The position numbers were made by a program, and so were the translations under genes. The notes beneath the pieces are model-generated. The model did not search any database and was not told the DNA's origin. It saw nothing but the letters and a program-made list of their open reading frames with translations. A stretch of DNA of 64,000 bases from NCBI GenBank assembly GCA_951406725.2, contig OX597823.1:72540001-72604000 (forward strand). Reading direction: 5' to 3'. Shown piece after piece: positions 41,367 through 53,948 of this stretch (positions within the stretch are counted from its first letter, which is position 1; every line of letters starts with the position of its first letter). The DNA comes from Octopus vulgaris. Lineage: Eukaryota.

Positions 41367-41764
41367 TTCTTTTCTACTCTAGGCACAGAGCTCGAAAATT
41401 TTTGGGAGGCGATAAGTTGATTAGCTCGACCCCAGTACGCAACTGATACTTAATTTATCGACTCCGAATGGATGAAAGGCAAAGTCGACCTCGACGGAAT
41501 TTGAACTCAGAACGTAAAGACAGACGAAGTAACTATTTCTTTACTACCCACAAAAGGCTAAACACAGAAGGGACAAACAAGAACAGACAAACGGATTAAG
41601 TTGATTATATCCAACCCAGTGTATAACTGCTACTTATTTAAGCGATCCCGAATGGATGAAAGGCAAAGTCGACCTGGGCGGAATTTGAACTCAGAATGTA
41701 AAAAGAGACGAAATACTGCTAAGCATTTCGCCTGGCGTGCTAACGTTTCTGCCAGCTCGCCACC
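41367..41764 (-). mobile_element. SINE family 1 dimer with TSD
   Basis: Same dimer structure; TSD ctg(c/t)ctgtgagatata at 41351-41366 and 41765-41780. Confidence 0.9.
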
Positions 41765-43730
41765 CTGTCTGTGAGATATAATGCCTGTACTCTCTGGGCG
41801 TTCTGAGTTTTCTCTGTTTTTGACAAGCGAGTCTCGTGCCACATGGATTCAAGTACACCCGGCTCTGTTGTTCCTTTTCATTTCGCTAACCTATATTATG
41901 TCATCCCATCAAATCCCATTTCCGAATATCGATGCCCAAACTAACAAATTCATTGTTGTGACTGACCGAGTGCTTCCCACCAGTCTCTAGACACTCACGA
42001 GAGCCATGCGTAAAGGCATTTCATTTAGACAAATAGAAATGGTAGGAAAACAAAGATAATATAGTTACAGAATATAGTGGGTGAGAAAAATAGCGAATAT
42101 AAGAAAGAAAGACATTTCACTATATATTATCAATAGAACTTGAAAAGGAAAGATGGCACGACGAGTGAGATTATAGTAGCTCGTCCCTCAGCGAGTAGAC
42201 ATTTTTTTTTATTCGATTGGTAGCGACACTTAATAAGTTTTATATGTTTATCAATGTATACATGATAATTTCTATTACGAGAACTGATACCATACAAATC
42301 AATTTGATCAAGAGCATAATTAACTAAAGCAAATAATGCTTGAAAGAGGAAGAAATATTGAAGAGAATATATTTACAATATTTTGATGTTATTGCGAAAT
42401 GTTGCAATAAGAATCAATATGGAAAATATCGTGTTATCGTAGTAAAATATCCATTTATACATACAAAGGTTCTAAGTAAATGTGGATTTGTTGGCAGGAT
42501 GAAAAAAAAAGCACAATCTACACTCACAAACCCAATCATAAAACGCTCGAATGAGAATTCATAAAAATAAACAGATATAGAGAAAATGTTGAAGAAGTGA
42601 AGGGATACAAATAGCCAGCGATAAATATATAAAAGTCAGATATAGAAATCATTAATACTGAGAACTTATGGAAAACAACTGCGTTTTACATGCGATTTTA
42701 TTGCAATATAAATTTGCATGAATATTTCATTCTGGATAGACATTCATATATTTGATGCACGAAGCAGGATTAAATGTCTGAGGTGCTTAGACATATCGTC
42801 TCCCTCCTTTTCTACGATATTGATTAGACTTATTCTTTCAAATGGATAAACTACTCGTGCATAGATTCTACGGAAACTGTGACAAAAAATCAAATTAAAT
42901 TCCTCATACGTCTTCGTCAACTATTCCTTCCATCTCTCTCTTTCTCTTTCCATCACTCTCTCCTCCCTCTCTCTTACAATATCATACACACAGCTATAAA
43001 GAAAAACAGATTTATAGACACAAACACGCATTTACATATATACATATACACATGTATACAGCTTACCGCCCACACTTTAACGTAACTTTTTTTCCATCAT
43101 TCTTATTGAGTGTTTTGCCTTTTAGAGTGCAGCCGGCCATAGCAAACAACGCATTATAGAGATGTCCATAGAGATATTAGAAAAAAAGAGATACCTGATC
43201 GGAAGCTCTTTAAGTGAAGAAATGCCTTGCACAGTACAAATTCTACTCGTTCAACAACGCACGCATTTGCCCGCCCCTATAAGCAACTACTCTACATTAT
43301 TAGTGGTTTTTAACTTCCAACTATTGTATGGCTGTTGCCACTACTTGAATTCATCCGACCTTTAACAGATTTTATATTTACTCCTGCAGTGTAAATAATG
43401 AAAGCACCCATCCCTTTACAAAATAGGTTTGTAGGCTTAGTCAGCGGCGACCTAGTCATGTATATTAATTACATAGGCATAAATACATATATCTATTCAA
43501 TCAACAATATTTCTACAAATGAAAGAACGTGTAAGCGGTTGCGTATGTCACGAGACTAGGCTCTTGGTAATCAGGTATATTAGCCATATGTTAGAGGGCA
43601 ATATCATAGTTTAGGTTTACATACATACTTCACACAAACACATGTACAAACGCCACACATACACACACACACACACATATTTGCATATTTCTTTCATATA
43701 TAGTATACAACTGTTTCCTCTGTAAAATGT

Positions 43731-43802
43731 AATGCGTTCATAGTTGAGTGCTTGAGTATCACCCAATGCGTTCATAGTTGAGTGCTTGAGTTTCACTCAA
43801 TG
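43731..43802. repeat. 34-bp tandem duplication
   Basis: aatgcgttcatagttgagtgcttgagt(a/t)tcac(c/t)c occurs twice. Confidence 0.9.
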
Positions 43803-43973
43803 GCTTCAAACGGGATGTGCTATATATTTGAAAGAACGTTTACATTTATGTATACACAGAAAAAAAAAACTTGTACATCCTGTCATCTGCTTGATGATGT
43901 CGATGGCCTATGTTTTTAAAATATATTGCTAGCTGGAGCGGAATCTGACCATCTCTCTAGCGACCAGGTGCTC

Positions 43974-44016
43974 GCGACTGAAGATGAGTAAACGTACTCG
44001 AAACTGTGTCAATCTC
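43974..44016 (+). ncRNA. Hammerhead ribozyme motif, stem I degraded
   Basis: CTGAAGA-T-GAGTA(AACG)TACTC-GAAAC-TGT-GTC. The flanks gcga / aatctc pair poorly. Confidence 0.45.
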
Positions 44017-44328
44017 ACAATCCTGTCGTCTGCTGGAAGATGGTAAGGGTTCATTCCACTGCTATCAATATATACATATACAGGGTGCAGGTCTGCACCG
44101 ATAACCACTTGGCAGAAGATTTGCCGGGGATTAAACTAGTAGTAACACAGAACAGTCACTTTGATGTGGCGTTAACTTTAATTGTTAGCATATATAGTAA
44201 TCTCATCTCTTCTTGACATTTTACAACTAGCTACTCCACTTATATATTTATGGGTGTGTGCGCGCGTGTGTACACTCACATATATGTATATATATGAGTG
44301 CGTATATATACATATATATATATATGTA

Positions 44329-45388
44329 TGAGGTCATCCCATAAGTTTTGTCCGATTTTACCTTTTTTTAAAATTGAATGAAATTTAATAGTATTTTAGA
44401 ATGTCTAAAGGAATTAACAATTATTTTTATGCATTTTTGTACATTTAAGCTAATTAAATGTTATTTTACAGAATAATATAATTAAAATTTCTTTGATTAA
44501 GACCCTTTCTAACATGGAAGTATCCAAAAAGCATTTGAGGCACATAATACTTTATGAGTACAAAAAAGGAAACTCTGCAACCGAAGCGATTCGAAACATA
44601 CACTGACCTTATGGGAAAGAATGCTTGAATGAAAGAATTTGCAGATGGTTTGCAAAATTCAGAAGTCGCGATTTCAGCCTTCAAGATGAAGATCGAACAG
44701 GATGCCCAGTTGAGTTTGCTGATAAGCTCCTTGATGCATTACTTGAAGAAGTTTCTTCAAGTAATGCCCCAAGTAAGGCGTAAACAGTGTCTTGGTAAAA
44801 GGGAAAAACACTCAACCACAACCGAGAAGGGAACTTAATGGGAAAAAGGTTCTTCTCTCTATCTGGTGGGATTGCAGAGGAGTAATTCATTTGAATTTTT
44901 ACCACCTAATGGATACTTCAATGCTCAAGTCTAATGTCAGCAATTAGAATATTTGAACCAAGCATTGAAGAAAGACGACCCGCTTTAGTGAATAAAAAAA
45001 GAGTGATTTTCATTAGAACAACATGCGACCCTAAACTGCAAAGATCACATTACAGAAGATGGAAGAGCTTGGTCGGGAAAAAATTCCTCATCCAACTTAT
45101 TCTCCCGACCTTGCTCCTTCAGGCTAACATTTGTTTCGTAGTTTACAAAATCATTTGGGGTACATAACTTTTGTAAGCCAGGAGGACGTCGAAACTGACA
45201 TTTCAGAGTTCTTCGCTTTGAAACCAAAAGAGTTTTACATAGATCGGATTAAAAAGCTTGTAATTAGATGGAGGGAAGTCATAGATAATCAGCGAAAGTA
45301 CATTGATGATTAAATTTCAATTAAGTATAACATTTGATTGCTTGTTTCCTTTATTCAAAATTCGGACAGAACTTATGGGATGACCTGA
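44329..45388 (+). mobile_element. Mariner DNA transposon, internally deleted, non-functional
   Basis: TIRs t(g/c)aggtcatcccataagtt(t/c)tgtccga with TA TSDs. Transposase from ATG 44514: MEVSKKHLRHIILYEYKKG..WFAKFRSRDFSLQDEDRTG, KKVLLSIWWD, YSPDLAPS. The segment carrying the first catalytic Asp appears to be missing. Confidence 0.92.
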
Positions 45389-46094
45389 TATATATATATA
45401 TATATATATACCCATACCAATATATGTGAGTGTATGTGTGTGTGTGCTTCTGTGTGTGCGACTCAGCCTGTTTGAGTGTGTACGTATATTTATATATGTA
45501 TGAAAATCAATGTATGACGTGTACATGACATTAATTAATAGCAGTGTTCGTGTTATTTTACATAACAACATAACATCATATATGTAAGCCAAAATGAAAT
45601 CATATAAGCTATTAGCCCCCAATCCCTTAGAAAGATCCAGGCCTTGTGCTTATTGTAGAAAGGATTATGTATAATTTATATTTTAGAATAAAACTTTATG
45701 TAAGAAAGGATGTGAAATGTTGTCTATGCTTATGCGAGTTTATTTATTCAGGCAAGTATACTATATACTTATACTTCGACATTTCCTTAAAACAAGACGT
45801 AAATGCATCTATTATGAGGACACAATATTTATTCGTTAAGCATTGTATACTTTCCATATTACAGTATCTTTTATGTCGGTCCTTTGTAATGTAAATGGTA
45901 GAATTTTCATTCTCCGACATTACGAACTATTATGCGGATTCGTGTTTACATAAAGAGCCCCAGTAGAAGTTATATTAACACATTAAGAATGTTAATGAAC
46001 ATAAGGAAAGCATTGTAGAGCAATTTCTATACAGAAACAATGCGTATATGTCTATCTTTCTGTCTGTCTCAATATCTGTGTGCTTAGATAGATA

Positions 46095-46118
46095 GATAAA
46101 TAGACTGAAAGCTATATA

Positions 46119-46215
<97 letters not shown>

Positions 46216-46340
46216 ACAGGCAGACAGACAGACATACAGGTAGATAGATAGATAGATAGATAGATAGGTAGGTAGGTAGGTAGGTAGGTAGGTAGGTGGG
46301 TAGATAGGTAGGTAGGTAGGTAGATAAGTAGATAGTTAGG
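46095..46340. repeat. (TA)n-(GATA)n-(GGTA)n compound microsatellite
   Basis: Directly visible. Confidence 0.95.
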
Positions 46341-46683
46341 GAGAGGGAGAGAGAAGGAGAGTGGGGGATGTAGATATACATTTTTACGAACTGGATTACT
46401 AAAAAATACACAATGTCTTCGTTGAATTAACTTTATTCACATTGTCAACTCTGCCCACTTGATCAATGTAAAGTAATGTTGCACAACGGCTGAATCTTAC
46501 AACGGCACGCATCTCCACATTTTCTCTACCATCAAACTGGCTTGTTTTAATGTTGATAAAATCATGAGATGGTATGGTACTTCAGCATTGGTCAACAAGC
46601 TGAATCTTTTTTACAAATTCCTTTCAGTATTATTTGTTAGGCTTCACTTTAAATGCGTTAGTCTGTCGCCGTATAATTTTAAC

Positions 46684-46751
<68 letters not shown>

Positions 46752-47189
46752 GTATGTAAGTATATGGATATGTGTTTGTTAATTTATGTACGACTGTTAC
46801 GTTGCATTAAGTGTTCCGTGCGAAAAATTAAAACCTATGTGAAATGGATTACAAAGGGTTTCGTATCATATTACATAACAACATAACATCATATATGTAA
46901 ACCAAATGAGGTTCATATAACCGATCAGCCCAATTACTTATATATACACACATATATATATATATATATTTTTTAAAATTAACAATTGAGGATAAAATCT
47001 TTAAAAGAAATTATCAGTAGTCAGCGTGAAAAACCTACTTTATTCCGGCTAGACAATTTGTAACCGAAATGCATTGCGAATAAGTCCGCCATTTTCATAG
47101 ATATGTAAAGATAAACATCCGTACATGCTACGACGAATTCTACGGTTGGCTATCGAGCTTGTAATGTTATGTTTTCTCTTATATTTCTT

Positions 47190-47266
47190 GAGTTTGTTGC
47201 ACTGACGAACATGAAATGCATATTCTGCATTAAATGCGAAATCACATGTGATATGTAACTGAATTC
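47190..47266 (+). ncRNA. Type I hammerhead ribozyme, predicted cleavage after 47253 (AUA triplet)
   Basis: GTTGCA-CTGACGA-ACAT..AATGCA(TATTC)TGCATT..ATGC-GAAA-TCAC(AT)GTGA-TA^TGTAAC. All three stems are present; the first stem II pair is an A-C mismatch. Confidence 0.65.
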
Positions 47267-47389
47267 TTTTTTAAAATGATGTGTTTTGAAGTTTTGCATT
47301 CGGTAAAATTTTGTTTATTTTTAGTAGTTTTGACCGCATTGGTCCCTCTTAGCGTGTTGGTATCTACGAATAGTAGTACCCTCAATATA

Positions 47390-47471
<82 letters not shown>

Positions 47472-47502
47472 CACATACAAACATACGTATATAAATATAT
47501 AT

Positions 47503-47557
<55 letters not shown>

Positions 47558-47567
47558 CATAATATCA

Positions 47568-47985
47568 TCATTTAACGTCCGTTGTTCATGTTTGCATGGT
47601 TTGGACGGGTTGACCGGGCTGGCACGCTGCAACAGACTCCAGTCTGATTTGGCATGGTCTTCTACTGCTGCATGCCTCGGCGGAATTTGAACTCAGAACG
47701 GAACGACAGCCGAAATACCGCTAAGCATTTTGACCGGCCTGCTAATGTTTCATATTTCTTTATTGCCCACAAGGGGCTAAACTTATAGGGGACAAATAAG
47801 GACAGACAAAGGGATTAAGTCGATTACATCAACCCCAGTGCGCAACTGGTACTTAATTTATCGACTCTGAAAGGATGAAATGCAAAGTCGCCCTCGGCTG
47901 AATTTGAACTTAGAACGTAAAGACAGATGAAATACCGCTAAGCATTTCGCCCGGCGTGCTAACGATTCTGCTATGTCGGCGCTTT
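47568..47985 (-). mobile_element. Nested SINE pieces: 3' tail of another SINE (47568-47675), family 1 fragment and a full tail-B monomer
   Basis: Matches to the family 1 head and core. 47568-47675 ends on the minus strand in GGACGTTAAATGATGAT. Confidence 0.8.
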
Positions 47986-49194
47986 AGATGACTACAATAA
48001 TGTTGTCTGTCAATCTGCAGCGCCATCTGCGCATCTACTCTTGTAACAGCCATAAGAGGCTTTCTGTACACCTTCTTACTACTTTCCCCTTTTCTTCTCA
48101 TTCAACACCAAGTTTATAACTGTCCCGGGAAAACATCAACAGTGATTACTAATTCACTATCCACTTTAAAGAAGTAACATTTTACTAAAACAGGCATATG
48201 CATTCTAGCAATTATGCACTAAATTTATGGTCTTGTACTACTATTCAATCTGTTTTCGTTTCTACAACGAATACATTGATATGGAGTAGAACTGCATGTG
48301 CCATGTATGAATTACATTGGAAATATAAGAAAATTATTAGTAAACTTATATATCGGCCAGTAAATATATTACCCAACGGCACTTATTCAGTGTTATGGTG
48401 AACACTCTTTGTCAGCAAGTGTCATAAATCCTGCGGACTTTCCTAAACACAATCTCTCTCTCTTTCTCTCTCTCTCTATTTCTCTCTTTCTTTCTCTCTA
48501 TCTTTCTCTCTCTCTCGATTGGGATTATGTTGTTCAGTAATAGTTAACAGTTTTTCACAGAAGAGTAAGTAATGTCCATATATGAACATCAAAACCCCAA
48601 TAAAAACGTATTAATCAAGATATTTTACACGTCAATCGACTTAAAACGATGCCGAACAAATTTTCCCCGGTCTTGGCCACAAATACCATGCCTTAACCAT
48701 ACGCAAGTTCAATGACATATTATGTATACAGGTTACATGTACTAAAGGATTTTCATTTTTTGATTACAGCAAAATCCATACAAGTCAGAAAATAAGCAGC
48801 AGCAGTTTATGTGCATCAGTGCCTTACATTTCATGTATAACACATAATTACACAGTATTCATCGTGACTACTTTCACTAATAATTTCCCTATCTCTGTCT
48901 CTTTCAGTGAAGCTATTTACATTCGTATCTATGTTAATGCATTCAGGAGCATTAAACATATAAATATAAACACTTCTAATTGATCCTATTCACAGTCATT
49001 TGACGTGGCTCACGGCGTTCTTACCAATATATAATCGTATACAAAGTAACGTTTATTGTTCTCATGAATGCAATGAGATGGAAGAACATACGATTTTCTA
49101 CATGAAATATGATTGCAACGTTGAGAATAAGCGAAGCAGGATTGTAATCGCTTGCTTTATGCCCATTTACAGTTTTATACGTTAAACATGTACC

Positions 49195-49426
49195 TATTTC
49201 TTTACTACCCACAAGGGGCTAAACAGGGAGAGGACAAACAAGGACAGACAAACGGATTAAGTCGATTATATCGACCCCAGAGCGTAACTGGTACTTATTT
49301 AACTGACCCCGAAAGGATGAAAAGCAAAGTCGACCTCGGCGGAATTTGAACTCAGAACGTAACGGCAAACGAAATACGGCTACGCATTTTGCCCGGTGTG
49401 CTAATGTTTCTGCCAGCTCAACGCCT
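49195..49426 (-). mobile_element. SINE family 1 monomer (tail B) with TSD
   Basis: TSD taaa(c/t)atgtaccta at 49183-49196 and 49426-49439. Confidence 0.9.
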
Positions 49427-52400
49427 AAATATGTACCTAAATTTATACGTTAGATATGTACCGTCGAAATTAACTGTTCATCTGCTGCATACGAGAATAC
49501 TTTTATGTAATCTCCGAGTTCTTCATCATCTGTCACACCTGTATTTTGAGGGTTAATCCGTTCCTCGGTGAGGCACCCCACATAACCCTCGGATCCATTT
49601 TATCAGAGTGTACCCTCTTGCAATATTTCGGATCAGACTGTGGTTTAGTGATAGTTAGGAGCGCTAATTTGTATTTGGATGCTTACCTCAATCATACATT
49701 TAATTGTTTGCTTTCCTCCTACCTAAAAATATCACAAATGATTGAAACATTTACCATTAATTGCAGAGAGAAGAAACCCGAAAGAAATCTCATATAAGCA
49801 TAACTATATTGTGCGTAAAAGCTTCATGATATTTTTTACTGATCAAAAGAAAGCTTGAGGGGAATAAACATTACGGAGGAGATCGAATGAAATTGAAACA
49901 TATTTATAACTGCCAGCTTCAGTTACCTCAAGTATCAGATGTGTAACGAAGCATAGATATTCTTCGTAAGAAATTCTTAATTTCTTGGAACTAGCTGCAT
50001 TTTCCTTTCACAATGTTATCAAGTGTCACTAGATTAACGTTTACTATCTCCAGCCCAAATGGCGGTTTAAGTTAATTAACATCAGTATCCAGTTGAAATC
50101 TTTGGGATAGTAACTGAATTTTGAGATTGTAACTGGATTTTTACAAGGAATATTTTCCGTAGCACATTTTCTTCTCATTTGTTCTGATCACAATACGTCG
50201 CAATCAATTAAGTCGGTGACTGGGATTCATGCGAATTCATCAAGCTGCTTAATATTTTTGCTTCCAAGCTAGAATATTTGACCTCTAATGAAACCCTTTA
50301 TTTATGAATATTATATCTATCTACGTCGAAAATTCTCAGGGAAAGATATCAACGTCACAGTTGTAGTTTGCTCAACTATCCACCAAATTTGTTTTATTTG
50401 TATCGTAAATCAATAATTAGAGTCATCACCGAGAAAGCTAAATGGAGATATTTTAGAACTACCCAAAAATATCACAATCAGTAAAAATTAGTTATTCAGA
50501 TATTTAAGATTGAAATAAATAATAAGAAAAGCAACAGCTTTCAAATTTTAGGTAACATTGATGATATATGTAATATAATTACGAACAAGAAATCTAACAT
50601 AATTATATTGTAATTTTAAATCAGAGTTCAACTCTTCTATTCCTTAACAAAAATGTTCTTTGAGAAATATCTCAATTGATTTCTATACACATTAGAAAGA
50701 AAACTCTTTCAACAATACAGAACAAAATGTTGATTGCATTTTCGCTTCCCTTCGTGGAGCTGTTAATACAAGTATTGTGTTGATATTAAAATTTAAATTT
50801 CATTTCAAATAGCCTAACAATAAATGCCTCTAAAAATGAAACTCTAACATGAAAAGCGTAACTGTTAAAAAGGCAATATTATGTGTATGTATTTATATAT
50901 ATGTATGTGTGAATGTGTTTGCGGATGTGTTGTCGACATTTGATTATTGTTAACTTTTATATATTTAACAAATAACTTATGATCGTATTAAAATTTTGAT
51001 ACACTGTTCAACAAAAATGTAAATAAAAGAAGATTATACAGATGTTAAACATGTTGATACTTCTTTCTCACAAGTGGCAGGATTCAATAAAAGAACTGAC
51101 CTATCAAAAAGACTCGAAGAAAAATCATTGCTTTATATTTCTCTGAAATTCTTTTTGTGTGTTTAAATATCTAAATACATTATTCCAATCATTTGTATAA
51201 GTAACCATTGAAATGTAGATGGAGGTAAATATTAAAATTACGAAATCACAAGAAAAGTATAATAAGAGTGTTCATCAAAATGTTCATTCGTAGAGCGAGC
51301 ATAATGGTAGTAAGAGTTGCATAACATTCCTTCCCAAAGAGGCGTATATTTTCTGGTGGCTTTCAATGACATATCATTATACTTATATGAAATAAACGGA
51401 AATGAATTACACATAATACTTGAACATATTTTTAAGATCATGGTTTCCAGTTTCTTTATATGTATCGAAAATTCGATATTACATTTAAAATTGGAATAAA
51501 GATGATCTTAGGGATCCAAATAGCAAATGAATATGTATGAACAAGGCTGAATTGTTGTCAATCCTTTTGATAAACCTAAAGATCTGAGCCAAAATAATTT
51601 GTATAGATTGCTTTCAATCAAACCCAATATATTATAGCTGGGGACCTTTAAGTAATCAAAAGGATGTGCATTCAGAATAGTCAAAAGCTAAACAAGTGTA
51701 ACAATATTAGTCTGGCTCTTTGCCGATTATGATAGTCAACTGTTTATCAATAGTTGAACGTAATCTTGAACTGCGAGGCAAGATATTAAGAATAGGAAGT
51801 ATTTCAAGATTAGTTATAAAGTTTAATTATATGCACGAATCATTTCAAAAGCAGAATATCAGAACTGGGGGATACTAGAAAAGTGTATTAATCTGAAACA
51901 TTAAATAAATGTAAATAATTTATAACTGGGGCTTTTTTAAATTTCAAACGCTGAGTTCAGAAACAATTTCTAAAAGTAATCGTAATAAAAACAAATGTTT
52001 TTGTGTAATTAATCGAGAATATTTTTGAAATCTTGGTATACATAAAATATTATTTCCTTTGAACAAGGCACAAGTTTTTTTATTATTTTAGAGTGAAGTC
52101 TAATTCTAAAAACCTGCTTCTTTATTTTCTTTAAATTCACGAAGCTTGCTAATTTAGAAAGTCACTTCTTGTTTCAGTAGAAACTCAAAGCCGAAATATT
52201 GAGCAATTTCTGAAATATGAAGAAAACGAAAGGAAAAGCCTTCATCAATACAATTAATTTCAGATATACAAGGACACTGTTAATATCGCAAAATACTTTT
52301 AAATGTTGACAACGAATTTAAAAGGAATTTGTTTTGCTGATCTCACTATTTTATTGAATATGTCAAATATTTCTCTCACAGCAATGGATGTAGTGTATCC

Positions 52401-53865
52401 TGCGCAATACTAGTATAAGCTTTGGATAACTGATCGACTGTTTATTGACTCACTGAGTCTAACCTACATATAAAAAACATATAAAATATTCTTTGCTCAG
52501 TTTTATTGTACATTTTGGATTAATTTTGACAAAGTATTGAAAAATATGTATTTTATAATAGGCAGTTTCAGAGACATAAGAGAACGTCAGTATGTTTTCT
52601 AAAATATAAAATAAATTATTTATAATTCTAGTGAAACCGAGCAGAATATTGCGATGCTTCATTCTTTCCCACTAACAATAAAAGATCACCTAAAATTATT
52701 TTTTTTTACACCTACAAAATAGAGATCAAAGTTATTTAGAATATACACGTGCTTACAAAAGAAGGGAACGAAAATATTTTGTTGAAAATTTTATACAACG
52801 ACAGAAGAGAAATTATACATTCTGATAAAGAATAAACGATTCATCCATAGATTGTGCTTCCATGAAACATATCTTGATCAAAAACAAAATCTCCAATACC
52901 AGTGTGATATGGCTAGAAGTGTGTCATTTATAATATCGATTGTAGTTTCGACGAGTTAGCATTCCAGTTATTTGATATTATGGATTACCTTGAAATTGGA
53001 AGACAAAGAGTAATCTTAATGCAAATTTCTGATAGAATCAGAATAATTCTGTGTGTGATGGTGTCGTGCTACCGAAATATTGGTAGACCCATCCGCACGA
53101 ACTTCTGCATAGTTCAGGTAACGGTTTTAAATGTGGTACAAAAGTTAGGCAAAATGACGACCATTGAGAAGGTAATAGAATCACTGCATTTCAGTCAAAT
53201 TTGAGTTCCCTATATTTATATAATAAGAAGAGACATTGAAAAAGTACCTGTAGATTTCAGTGGTCTAGCATAGCGATTGATTGGAAATAAAGTTTGAAAG
53301 TAAGGGAGATAATAAGAAAAAGAGCTTAAAAGAAAGGGAGATAACAAAGTGATTGGGATCCCAAGATCAGGTGCGCGTGCGCTTGTGTGTATGTGAGAAT
53401 AGAGTGTGAATGTGTGTGATTAGGGGTGAGTAACTCTGACGTGTGTGCCTGTGTAACGTGTGTGGGTGTGTTGTGTGTAACGGTTGAGGTTAGCTTTATC
53501 ACATGGTGTGTGCACATGTGTGAGCGTGTGTCTGTGACCAAACAGTGTGCATGTCTATGATGTATATATGTGGGCGCAAGATATTTTCTCTATGTACGTT
53601 GCGTCCGTTAATGCTTGTAGCATGTGTTTGTATATATAACCCTGTGTTCAGGTATTATGTGCTTGTGTGGGTGTGGGACTGTGCATGATGATGTGTTGTG
53701 TGTATACTGAGTTAAACGGTGTGTGTAGCTGCTCAAATAGTGGTATGTGTGGTGACGCTATTGAAGATTGTGGGTGTGTGGAAGACGGTGTTTGGTGTGG
53801 AAGATAGTGTATGGTGAGGGTGCTGGGAAGTGGTCAGTGCTAGTGTGCGTCGAGTGGTGTGGGGT

Positions 53866-53948
53866 GGTATCAAATGAAGAGAGGAATTGAAGTAGGTGTC
53901 AAATGAAGAGAGGGAATGAGGTAGGTGTCAGATGAAGAGAGAGATGAA
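53866..53948. repeat. ~29-bp minisatellite, about 3 copies
   Basis: ggt(a/g)tca(a/g)atgaagagag... repeated three times at the PLE 3' side. Confidence 0.8.

Noticed and set aside
53230-53300. Possible terminal hammerhead of the Penelope element on the minus strand
   Set aside because: Only a GAAA-like box remains and no CUGANGA can be found.
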